Below, in pieces: positions 16,312-25,652 of a stretch of DNA of 56,931 bases. Position numbers and translations under genes: made by a program. How positions within the stretch are numbered: the stretch's first letter is position 1; the number at the start of each line of letters is the position of its first letter. The stretch is from positions 1 to 56,931 of the IMG/VR virus record IMGVR_UViG_3300011114_000582. One strand, given 5' to 3'. The notes under the pieces were generated by a model. The model worked only from the letters and a program-made list of their open reading frames with translations. It made no database searches and was not told where the DNA came from. Source of the stretch: a virus (taxonomy: Duplodnaviria > Caudoviricetes).

Positions 16312-17543
16312 GCTACGTCAGTCCATTCACCGGTGACGTCATTCAGCCGACAGATGTCAGCTTTCGGTCTGTAACGCTTTCGGCCAATACTCAGCTCCAA
16401 TGGCCCGTTAACGGCAACACGAACACGGACTACGCTACCCGAATTATGCAGGTAACGGCGACGGCGGGGGGCCTCAGCCTCTACATGCCGCCTGCAAACC
16501 AGAACTCGGTGGGCAATGATGCGCTGATCCGCAACATTGGCTCGAACACGTTCACCGTCAAAGACTATGCGGGCACGAACACCATCGTGTCGATTGCGGC
16601 GGGCGAGTCTAAGTACATCTACATCACGACGAACCCCGATGCTCAAGGCACTTGGGGCAATATCTCATTCGGCACTGGAACATCTTCTGCTGACGCCGCG
16701 ACACTTGCGGGTTATGGACTTGTAGCCAGTGGTGCAACACTGAATCAGAGCCACCCAAGCGCGGCGATAACTAGCGGCTCCACGTTTGCGACGACCGATC
16801 GAGCACAGACTCGTATGTGGTCAAGCGGATCTGGTACTGCCACACTCCCACTTTCCGCGACACTTGGTAATAACTGGTTCACACTATTTAAGAACGACGG
16901 TTCGGGATCTTTTACGATTTCTTGCTCTGGTGCTGAACTGATCGATGGGAACTCGACCAAAACGTTCAACCCGTCAGAATCTGCGTTCATTGTGTGTACT
17001 GGAACTGGTTATGTAACGGTCGGCTACGGCGTTAGCTCACAATTCGTATTTACTGCCTTAACCAAGAATGTTACCGGCGGCAGTTACGTATTGACGAACA
17101 ACGAAGCCGCAAACACGATTCAAGAATATGTCGGCAGTCTCGTGAGTAATGTGACTGTGACGTTCCCGCCCGTAGTGAACTTGTACGTGATCTCGAATCA
17201 AACGACCGACAATGGTTACAGTTTAACTATTACGACTGGACTTGGATATACAGCTATAATTCCTCCGGGTCAGCAAGCTACATTGATCTGCGACGGCACT
17301 AATTTCCTCAATGCCAACACTACCCAAGCGGGCGCGACTTCGGTCAGTCTAGTAGATGGCACAGTTGGTACTCCATCGCTCAACTTCGCGGCTGAAACTA
17401 GTACAGGTATTTATCGTCCCGGCTCTGGTCAACTCGGTATTTCGGTGCTTGGTACTGAAATCGTGAATGTGAATGCCAGTGGTGTTGATGTCACTGGCGT
17501 TGGTACATTCTCCGGCGGCATCGCAGGAGGTACGTTCACATGA
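16308..17543 (+). CDS. Tail structural protein
   Basis: 411-aa Thr/Gly/Ser-rich ORF ending in the GTVGTPSLNF...TGIYR fibre motif. Confidence 0.6.
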   Translation: MSYVSPFTGDVIQPTDVSFRSVTLSANTQLQWPVNGNTNTDYATRIMQVTATAGGLSLYMPPANQNSVGNDALIRNIGSNTFTVKDYAGTNTIVSIAAGESKYIYITTNPDAQGTWGNISFGTGTSSADAATLAGYGLVASGATLNQSHPSAAITSGSTFATTDRAQTRMWSSGSGTATLPLSATLGNNWFTLFKNDGSGSFTISCSGAELIDGNSTKTFNPSESAFIVCTGTGYVTVGYGVSSQFVFTALTKNVTGGSYVLTNNEAANTIQEYVGSLVSNVTVTFPPVVNLYVISNQTTDNGYSLTITTGLGYTAIIPPGQQATLICDGTNFLNANTTQAGATSVSLVDGTVGTPSLNFAAETSTGIYRPGSGQLGISVLGTEIVNVNASGVDVTGVGTFSGGIAGGTFT

Positions 17544-19525
17544 CCAAAAAGGTCTTTGCCCTTGATACAAAACCCGGCGTCCAGCGCGACGGTACGATAT
17601 TCGACAAGCAGTTTTACAATTCCGGCCGCTGGGTACGCTTTCAGCGTGGGCGTCCACGCAAAATCGGCGGTTATCGCGAGATCGTTAACGACTTGGCTGG
17701 TCCTTCTCGTGGCATCTATCTCAATCCCCAGCAGAATTTCAACAATGTGTTTAGTGGTTACTCGGACGGCCTTCAGCTCCTGCCTATTAACAATAGCGGC
17801 GTGGGTTCCGGCATCACTGACATGACACTCACTGGGTTTACTCCCAGTGATTACAATCTGTGGCAGTTCGACACATTTTACGACGTGAGCGGATCGGGCG
17901 ATAACCTACTCTTAGCGCATCCCGGCCAGAATCTCGCACTGATCGATAACAACGTCAATACGCCAGTGCTCGGCGGTTCCGTTACCGGTACTAGCCTGAG
18001 TCCGATCGGAGTATTCACACAGGTCGCCGCGACAATCACATCAGGCTCTCCAAACATCACACTGTCCACTGCGAATATTCAGATCGGAGCGGGACAGTCG
18101 GTGTCCGGCACTGGTATTCCAACTGGTGCGACCGTGGTGTCAATCACTACAACGGCTTTGGTGATCTCCGCGCCAGCCACGGCGAATGGATCCTCAATTA
18201 CGTTAACATTCGACAATAATATTTCGGTGTCTGGTGGTGTAGTGACACTTCACCCCTATGTATTCGTGTACGGCAATAGCGGTCTGATTAAGAACTGCTC
18301 GGCTGGCAACGCACAGGATTGGGTATCGGCTGATGCCAATGAGGTGTCGGTGGCTACCGGCAAGATCGTGCAAGGCCTCCCAGTGCGTGGTGGTTCGAAC
18401 GCTCCATCCGGACTCTTTTGGAGCTTGGACTCACTTATTCGCGTGTCCTATATTGGCGGTGTGGGCACTCCTCCACAGTTCTGGCGATATGACCTGATTT
18501 CGAGTCAATCCTCGATCTTGTCCTCGCAGTCCGTCATCGAATACGACGGCGTGTACTATTGGTGCGGCGTCGATCGATTCCTGCTCTACAATGGTGTCGT
18601 TAAAGAGATTCCGAATACGTTTAACCAGAACTACTTCTTTGATAACCTGAACTACGCACAACGCGAAAAAGTGTGGGTATCTAAGGTCCCACGGTTCGGC
18701 GAGATTTGGTGGTTCTACCCACGCGGCGACGCGACTGAATGTACAGACGCGATCATTTACAACGTGCGCGAGAATTGCTGGTACGACGCTGGCGAATCGG
18801 TCGGTGCACAAAGGTCTGCCGGTTACTTCTCGCAGGTGTTCCACTATCCAATTACTGCTGAATGGAATACGAATGCTACTGGTGGCGTGCTCGAGTTCAC
18901 ACTAACTAATGCGGGATCTGGGTATACTAACGGTACGTACAACAACCAGCCATTGACCGGCGGTATTGGCACAGGAGCAACCGCTAACATTGTGGTCGCC
19001 GGTGGCGTCGTAACTTCCGTCGTAATCAATGGTCACGGCACCGACTACACAGTCGGCAATGTGTTATCCGCCGCGCTCCCTGCCGGATCGAATTTCGCGA
19101 TCACCGTAGATTCCTTGATGAACTTCGTGTCGCTGTGGCAAAACGAGATCGGCACTGACAAAGTACAGGGCGCGACTGCGCTGGCGATCGAATCGTACTT
19201 CGAGACCAACGACCTCGGGTGGGTGTCGGGCGGTCCTGCACAGCCCTCGCCCGAAGGCCTGAACAAGGCATTACACCTCGAACGTGTAGAACCCGATTTC
19301 GTACAAGCGGGCGAAATGGAGCTGTACGTCACAGGACGTCCATTCGCTCAAGCCGATGATGTGACCACTGGCCCCTATCTCTTCAACCCCGACACACGCA
19401 AGATTGATATGCGTGAACAACGTCGCGAACTGCGCCTGAAATTCGTGTCGAATGTGGCGGGCGGTAACTACCAACTTGGTCGTGTGATCCTCGACGCTGA
19501 CACTGGCGATGTGAGACCGTACTAA
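17540..19525 (+). CDS. Tail nozzle / DNA stabilisation protein (P22 gp10 / tubular B-like)
   Basis: WVRFQRGRPRKIGG start, beta-propeller-like repeats, FGEIWWFYP, YNVRENCWY. Confidence 0.6.
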   Translation: MTKKVFALDTKPGVQRDGTIFDKQFYNSGRWVRFQRGRPRKIGGYREIVNDLAGPSRGIYLNPQQNFNNVFSGYSDGLQLLPINNSGVGSGITDMTLTGFTPSDYNLWQFDTFYDVSGSGDNLLLAHPGQNLALIDNNVNTPVLGGSVTGTSLSPIGVFTQVAATITSGSPNITLSTANIQIGAGQSVSGTGIPTGATVVSITTTALVISAPATANGSSITLTFDNNISVSGGVVTLHPYVFVYGNSGLIKNCSAGNAQDWVSADANEVSVATGKIVQGLPVRGGSNAPSGLFWSLDSLIRVSYIGGVGTPPQFWRYDLISSQSSILSSQSVIEYDGVYYWCGVDRFLLYNGVVKEIPNTFNQNYFFDNLNYAQREKVWVSKVPRFGEIWWFYPRGDATECTDAIIYNVRENCWYDAGESVGAQRSAGYFSQVFHYPITAEWNTNATGGVLEFTLTNAGSGYTNGTYNNQPLTGGIGTGATANIVVAGGVVTSVVINGHGTDYTVGNVLSAALPAGSNFAITVDSLMNFVSLWQNEIGTDKVQGATALAIESYFETNDLGWVSGGPAQPSPEGLNKALHLERVEPDFVQAGEMELYVTGRPFAQADDVTTGPYLFNPDTRKIDMREQRRELRLKFVSNVAGGNYQLGRVILDADTGDVRPY

Positions 19526-19785
19526 TGGCGAACATTCTTAATCCCACTCAGGTCTATGACCCTCGTTACCACACTTTCGAGTCGTGGGCGTGCCTTATGT
19601 GTGAACTCTACGCTCCACAACAGCTCTCGATTCCGGACGCAAGCACTGACTGGAAAGATTGGGGTGCGGGCTTGAAAGCGATCGACGTCTTCACGAATGA
19701 GGGTATTCCCGGGCCTTACCAGTTCGATGATTGGCAAGAGTGGGCCGAGCAACTCGTTAACGCTGTTAACCCTGCGGTGAACTAA
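19525..19785 (+). CDS. Hypothetical protein
   Basis: 86-aa Trp-rich ORF coupled to neighbours. Confidence 0.65.
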   Translation: MANILNPTQVYDPRYHTFESWACLMCELYAPQQLSIPDASTDWKDWGAGLKAIDVFTNEGIPGPYQFDDWQEWAEQLVNAVNPAVN

Positions 19786-19786
19786 C

Positions 19787-22700
19787 ATGGCACTCTACGA
19801 ACAACTCTCCGCCGCTAGCACCCCCGAAGATATTGCCGCCGCCTATAACGAATTCGTAGGCCTCGCAGGTGGTGATACTGCCGCTGTGCAACAACAAGCA
19901 ATCGATTATCTGAGCACGCTTGGAATTGGTGCCCCCACCATCTCGCAAGCCTACAATATCTACTCGCAACCGCAGGCTGAAGCCCCTGCAGTGCAATCAC
20001 CGCTGGCTACTGTCGCTGGCACTTTGTCGAAGGCGAATAGCGATACAGTCTCGAATGCTCCAGCTAATGTTTTAGGTGGTGTGATTTTGGCTGGGGACAG
20101 TTGGCTAGCCGGTGATGAGAAAACTAATCTTGCAAACTCGGCTTTCGGTCAAAATGTTACTAATGTGGCAGTTGGTGGATACAAGACACAAGATGTCTTA
20201 AATCAGCTTAATGCATTCGAAAGTCAAGGCGGCACATTCGCTCCCGGCACTACTGTGGTGCTCGATATTGGTGCGAATGACATAGCGTCCGGCGTTGATC
20301 GTGATACGGTACGTAGTAATATTAACGAAATCGTCTCAAGATTAGATGCGGTAGGCGTCAATGTCGTTTTGTCTGGTGCACCAACCGCTACTTCGTATGC
20401 AGATGCGATTGCACGTTCAGATTTAAAAATGGATGATCTGTACAGGGATGTTGCAAGCAATAATAGCAACGTCACCCTTGTTGATGCGATGTCTGGATTG
20501 CTGAACGACAAGACTTTGATGGATGAAAGTGGGTTTCATTTAAAAGATGATGCCTCCAAAGCTTTATTCATTAACCAACTCGCCGACGCCTATCAAAGCC
20601 TCACCCCATTACAGAAAACGGCAGTATCGAATAAAGTGGCAGATGCTGGTTCATCTGATCCCGCTAGTTTAGCCAAAGCGATTGACGAAGTCGCTGGAAC
20701 TAATCTAGCCACGACATCTACCAAGTCTCAAGCTGTAGATTTGACCAAAGCTACTGATTTGAATAATGGGACATTTCTTACTCCGTCTGGGCAAATCGTC
20801 GACTCCGAAGGTAGTTTAGTAAAAGATACAGGTTCGTCTGCTACTGCTACATTAACTCAACAAATACTCGCACAAAATCTTACCGATAAATGGTCGGGTC
20901 AAGGTTACGGAACAGCTCAGGCCAATGCCGCAGACATGGCCGGGATTATGGCAAGTATCGGGATAACCGATATAAATCAATTCGGTGAGATCACAAAAAC
21001 TATCCCAGCGTATTATATTGATACTGAGAATGGTCAAGAGTATGTCCCAGAGCAAACTGTTAAAACTTACGGAAATAAGCTGACGGGTCAAGAGGTGCCA
21101 AACACCTATAGCGAACGCCAGACGGGTAATGCTTGGGGCGGCACATTCGCTGGGTCAGGTAATACAGGCTATCGTGTGCAATTCACACCCGATGGGAAAC
21201 CGATCTTTTATACGACTGGAGCTTCAAGTAGCGATATTGGCCAAATCGCCCCATTCCTCGCGATAGCTCAATTCATCCCGGGTGTTGCCCCATTTGCCAT
21301 GGCCCTAAACGCCGCGATCGCTATTGACCAAGGTGACGTGCTCGGCGGTCTCGCAAGCATGGCCGGTCTTGGTGGATACACTGATATCGCCACCGGCTTG
21401 CGCGTAGCGAAGGCTATCGACCAAGGCGACATGGGTGCGCTGGCGATGTCGCTGTTGCAAAACGAGACAGTGGGCCAGATGGCTGGTAGCACGATGCTTA
21501 CCGATACGATCTCACTTGCCGACGCTGGAAATGCGTACAGTGTGGCCGATAATGTGAGCAAAGGAAATTACGCTGGTGCTCTGAATTCACTCGGTACGCT
21601 TACAGGTAGCGCCGATACTAAGACTGCAGGAGCCGCACTGAATCTGGTTAATGCGATTAATTCGGGCAACGAAGTCGCCATTATTAACGCCGTGGCTGGA
21701 CTTAACAACACGATCAAAGCGGCTGACAATCTTGCGAATGCTAACATCGCCAAGTCCGTAGCCACCAGTGTGTCCAGTGGTGCCGATGCATTCGTACAAG
21801 CCAAGCAAGCTGGTGCGACAGATGAGGATGCGTTGAGTGCCGCCAACACTGTGACCGGTACGACCAAGACTACTCAAGTCACCGATAACCGTGCGCAGAA
21901 TACACTAAACCTTGATAATGCGGACGTTAATTCGCTCGATGAGGCCGCCGCACTCGCGATTGCTAAAGGCAACGATTCATTCACTGTGGACGGCAAGACT
22001 TACATTGTGAACAAGGCGACCGGTGATCTGCCCGCAGACGAGAAGCAAGCGGCTGACACTCGACTTGTAAAGAGCTACTTGAACTCGCTGGGCAAGACTG
22101 ACGTGGCTCAGCTCACTGACGCAGAGCGACAAAATTACCTGAATAATTACGACAAGTTTACTGCTGGTGGTACTGGCGTACTCAAGGCCGCTACACTCGC
22201 CGACGTATTGAGTGGTAATTCAACGTACAGTGCGGCTGAATCGATCGAGAACAGTAAATATACTAACCCATTCACGGTCGAGGTCAGGGGAGTGGGTAGC
22301 ACCGGGGTTGAGACTACCCCCGAAGTCTCGAACGTCGCTAAGGCCGGTGACGAGCTAACTAAGTGGGCGAATAGTCTCACGGGACCTGAGGCCGATACGA
22401 TCAAGCAATTGATTTCCACCACCTCCGGCTTACTTGGCGAGCAACTCGCAGATATCGGTACGGCCGCCAGCCAAACCGGGCTAGTTGGCCGCTACAACGC
22501 GTTGGTGCAATTCGGTCAACAGCTAGAGAAGGTCGGTAAAGACCTCGAAATTCCGGCGGTTACGGCCGCAAACCAGAATTTCTGGGACAAAGTGCAAGCC
22601 GAAGAGGGCTACACCGGCAAGCTCGCCGCCGCGCTGAAAGCTATTCAAGAACAGCCATTGGCGCTCGTCGCCGCCGCTAAAGAGGTGGGTCAAGAGGCAC

Positions 22701-24676
22701 TGCCGATGCTCCTCGGCGGAGCCGCGTTCAAGTATGGCGGCAAGATGCTCGGCGTACTCACTGACATGAGTGCCAATGCGCTCGAGTCCATGGGTTCGAA
22801 TAATCGCCAAACATTCAATGACGAGCTGGCTAAGGGCACCCCTGCTGATCAAGCCGAGAAGATCGCGGAACGTAATGGTATCCTCGCTGGTGCGATCACG
22901 ATGGGAACCGCTGGGCTGGTGGACACGACCCTAATCAAGTCTTATGAGAAAGCACTTGAGAAGTTCACTGGCCGCGTGGCGGCTGGGGCTGGCAAAGAAT
23001 TCCCCGAAGAGAGCTTCGAGGAACTGGCGATCGCGTTGGCTACCGGAGATGACCTTAACACTGCGCTCACCAAATCGGTGATCGGCGGCTTCACAGGTGC
23101 CAAGGCATCTGGCACGATTTCCGGAGTCAGTGGTACATCACACGGCAGTGTTAATACCGAATTGAAGAACGCTTTCGCTGAGCAAGGCCTCACCTCCACC
23201 GATGGTTCTTTCCGTCCCGAGACTATCACGAAGATTACTGACACTGGTGCAGGCACTACAGGTGGCAAGACCACCGTGACTGAAGTTGATACAGGTGCGA
23301 GCACTAATGCGGCCACGGATTTTGCGTCGATCTTCGAGACGACCGGCAATACTACGCAAGCTGTCGATTCCTCAGTGAGCAATGCTGTAAGCAACGGCGC
23401 GAATGTGGATACCACCATCTCCTCTGTCGTGAACGCCGCGACCAACACCGGGGCTAATGCCAACGCTGTCGCCGCCACCGCCGCCAATGCCGCAGTGCTG
23501 TCGGGTGCGAATGTAACCACGGCATCCAACGCCGCTACAACAGCCGCGTCCAATGTGACCACGGGTACTAACACCACAACCGGTGCGAATACCAACACTG
23601 GTACAAACGCGAACAGCAATACGAGCACCAACGCCAACACCGGCGTGACTACCAACACCACAGTCGATACTAATACGAACTCGGCGACTACGACGACGAC
23701 TAACACGAATACCAACACGAACACGTCAGTCAACACGAATACTAATACGAATATTAATACTACGGTTAACACTAACAACAACACCGGTATTAATACTAAC
23801 ACCACAGTGGATAACAACACCGGGGTGACGACGAACACGGTGACTGACACCAACACGAATACCACCGCTACGATTACCACCAACACCGACACGGGTGAAG
23901 TGACCAGTGTGGACGGCCCGGTGACTGTGATTAACAAAGACGTGGTCAAGATCGGTGACACAGTAGTCAATATCAACACGGGCGAGGTGCTCGACCCCAG
24001 CGTTGTCACCAAGACCACGCCGGTTACTAAGACTCCCACCACCCCTTCTACTCCTTCCAAGCAGGTGTTGATGGGTGGTTCGGGCCTCATTGAACCCACT
24101 TACGCCGCCAAAGACCACGACATCTCGGAGACGTGGCTCGGTGGCCGATTCCGAAATATCGCCCCGCTTGCCGGGATGGGAATACTAATGCCGGAGAGCA
24201 CCCCTATGTTCCAAGAAACACAAGCACTTTCTGCCCTGCGCCGTGCCGCCGGACTCGAAGACGAGGCCAAGAAGCCCGAAGCGGACTATTACGCCTACGG
24301 CACAGAGCCGTCCTACTCGAAAGTCCTCGAGCCGTTCATGAACGGGGGGACTGTACAGAACCATGCCGACGGTGGTAAAATAATGGCTTCTCCACTCATG
24401 GCGGCGTCAGGCGGCGATGTACCACACAAAGGCTCACACTACGTGCAAGGCGCAGGAGGCGGCCAAGACGACCTTATCCCCGCCAAGCTCGCCGATGGTG
24501 AATATGTCTTCGACGCTGAAATCGTGGCCGCACTGGGCGACGGTTCGAACAAAGAGGGTGCCAAGAAGCTGGATGCAATGCGGGAAGCAATCCGCAAGCA
24601 CAAGCGTGGCGGTTCACTCAAATCAATTCCTCCCAAGGCTAAATCGCCCTTGGCATATCTGAAAGGCGCATTATGA
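19787..24676 (+). CDS. Large internal virion/ejection protein with an SGNH-hydrolase domain, a Thr/Asn-rich tract and a C-terminal GxGxxDxIPAxLxxGEYV domain
   Basis: 1629 aa; GDSW, AVGG, IGANDI and DESGFH SGNH blocks; several xxGG motifs near the C-terminus. Confidence 0.7.
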   Translation: MALYEQLSAASTPEDIAAAYNEFVGLAGGDTAAVQQQAIDYLSTLGIGAPTISQAYNIYSQPQAEAPAVQSPLATVAGTLSKANSDTVSNAPANVLGGVILAGDSWLAGDEKTNLANSAFGQNVTNVAVGGYKTQDVLNQLNAFESQGGTFAPGTTVVLDIGANDIASGVDRDTVRSNINEIVSRLDAVGVNVVLSGAPTATSYADAIARSDLKMDDLYRDVASNNSNVTLVDAMSGLLNDKTLMDESGFHLKDDASKALFINQLADAYQSLTPLQKTAVSNKVADAGSSDPASLAKAIDEVAGTNLATTSTKSQAVDLTKATDLNNGTFLTPSGQIVDSEGSLVKDTGSSATATLTQQILAQNLTDKWSGQGYGTAQANAADMAGIMASIGITDINQFGEITKTIPAYYIDTENGQEYVPEQTVKTYGNKLTGQEVPNTYSERQTGNAWGGTFAGSGNTGYRVQFTPDGKPIFYTTGASSSDIGQIAPFLAIAQFIPGVAPFAMALNAAIAIDQGDVLGGLASMAGLGGYTDIATGLRVAKAIDQGDMGALAMSLLQNETVGQMAGSTMLTDTISLADAGNAYSVADNVSKGNYAGALNSLGTLTGSADTKTAGAALNLVNAINSGNEVAIINAVAGLNNTIKAADNLANANIAKSVATSVSSGADAFVQAKQAGATDEDALSAANTVTGTTKTTQVTDNRAQNTLNLDNADVNSLDEAAALAIAKGNDSFTVDGKTYIVNKATGDLPADEKQAADTRLVKSYLNSLGKTDVAQLTDAERQNYLNNYDKFTAGGTGVLKAATLADVLSGNSTYSAAESIENSKYTNPFTVEVRGVGSTGVETTPEVSNVAKAGDELTKWANSLTGPEADTIKQLISTTSGLLGEQLADIGTAASQTGLVGRYNALVQFGQQLEKVGKDLEIPAVTAANQNFWDKVQAEEGYTGKLAAALKAIQEQPLALVAAAKEVGQEALPMLLGGAAFKYGGKMLGVLTDMSANALESMGSNNRQTFNDELAKGTPADQAEKIAERNGILAGAITMGTAGLVDTTLIKSYEKALEKFTGRVAAGAGKEFPEESFEELAIALATGDDLNTALTKSVIGGFTGAKASGTISGVSGTSHGSVNTELKNAFAEQGLTSTDGSFRPETITKITDTGAGTTGGKTTVTEVDTGASTNAATDFASIFETTGNTTQAVDSSVSNAVSNGANVDTTISSVVNAATNTGANANAVAATAANAAVLSGANVTTASNAATTAASNVTTGTNTTTGANTNTGTNANSNTSTNANTGVTTNTTVDTNTNSATTTTTNTNTNTNTSVNTNTNTNINTTVNTNNNTGINTNTTVDNNTGVTTNTVTDTNTNTTATITTNTDTGEVTSVDGPVTVINKDVVKIGDTVVNINTGEVLDPSVVTKTTPVTKTPTTPSTPSKQVLMGGSGLIEPTYAAKDHDISETWLGGRFRNIAPLAGMGILMPESTPMFQETQALSALRRAAGLEDEAKKPEADYYAYGTEPSYSKVLEPFMNGGTVQNHADGGKIMASPLMAASGGDVPHKGSHYVQGAGGGQDDLIPAKLADGEYVFDAEIVAALGDGSNKEGAKKLDAMREAIRKHKRGGSLKSIPPKAKSPLAYLKGAL
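23560..23895 (+). repeat. Low-complexity Thr-Asn repeat tract (coding)
   Basis: TNTNTNT / TGVTTNTTVD repeats; AAC/ACC/ACT-rich DNA. Confidence 0.8.
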
Positions 24677-25644
24677 GCATCCTCCAAGGTGATCCTCTAC
24701 CGAATATCACGACTACCAAAGAGGTAGAGACCAAGGGTCCCGACTGGTACAACCAATACCTCGAGAGCCTCGCCGCCCCCGGCACCGAATTGCTCGGCAA
24801 GACCGGTGCAGAGCTGGTCGCACCCATGTCCGAACTCCAGACCGGGGTGCTCGATACCGCCAAGTCGGGCGGGTTGGGTGGCTACGAGACGATGCTGGGC
24901 GAAGCTCAAGACACGGCACGACTCGCGGCCGCTGGCGTCACACCCGAGATGATCCAAGGGTTCATGAATCCCTACACCTCCGGTGTGGTCGACGAAATGG
25001 AGCGACTCCAACAGCAGAATCTTCAGCGTTCACTGATCCCCTCGCTCAAAGGCGCATTTGCCGGTACTGGTGGTGTGGGTAGTCAACGGATGTTCGGCGC
25101 GATGGGCCAGATGGGAGCGGACGTTCAGGCGAACTTGCTCGGTGCACAGACTAAGCAATTGGCATCCGGCTACGACAGCGCACTGAAAGCGGCGATGGAC
25201 CAAGCTAATCTCTACCGCTCAGCGGCCGAGACCGAAAAGGGACTTGCTACCACCGAACTTGACGCGAAGCTTAAAGAACTCGAGCGCATGTACAGTCTTG
25301 GTGGCGAGGAGCAGAAGCTGGAGCAGGCCCAGATTATGGCACCACTCACTGCCGCTACTGGTGCGGCCAATGTGTTCTCGAATGTCAAAGTGCCGAGCAC
25401 TGTGTCCGAGGAAGCCAACGCTCCGATCCCCGGCGCCTACTCCACGTCGCCGCTGGCCCAAATCGCCGGTCTCGGTTCACTGTTCGCCGCCGCACCTAGT
25501 GGCACAAGCGCCGCGTCGGGATTTGGCAATGCAATCAGCTCGTTGGGTTCCTCACTGAGTAATATTTTCAGTGGTAACAATAACCTTTTGAATCAACGTG
25601 TTAACATGCCATCTGATATTACTCAGATGGACTGGGAATCTTGA
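24673..25644 (+). CDS. Putative DNA ejection/pilot protein
   Basis: FMNPYTSGVVD...GAFAGTGG motif, Gln/Ala-rich, hydrophobic Gly-rich C-terminal segment. Confidence 0.55.
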   Translation: MSILQGDPLPNITTTKEVETKGPDWYNQYLESLAAPGTELLGKTGAELVAPMSELQTGVLDTAKSGGLGGYETMLGEAQDTARLAAAGVTPEMIQGFMNPYTSGVVDEMERLQQQNLQRSLIPSLKGAFAGTGGVGSQRMFGAMGQMGADVQANLLGAQTKQLASGYDSALKAAMDQANLYRSAAETEKGLATTELDAKLKELERMYSLGGEEQKLEQAQIMAPLTAATGAANVFSNVKVPSTVSEEANAPIPGAYSTSPLAQIAGLGSLFAAAPSGTSAASGFGNAISSLGSSLSNIFSGNNNLLNQRVNMPSDITQMDWES

Positions 25645-25652
25645 GGTAAGCT

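Noticed and set aside
22942-24099. 385-aa Val/Leu-rich minus-strand ORF that looks membrane-like
   Set aside because: Reverse complement of the Thr/Asn tract, which is naturally stop-free.
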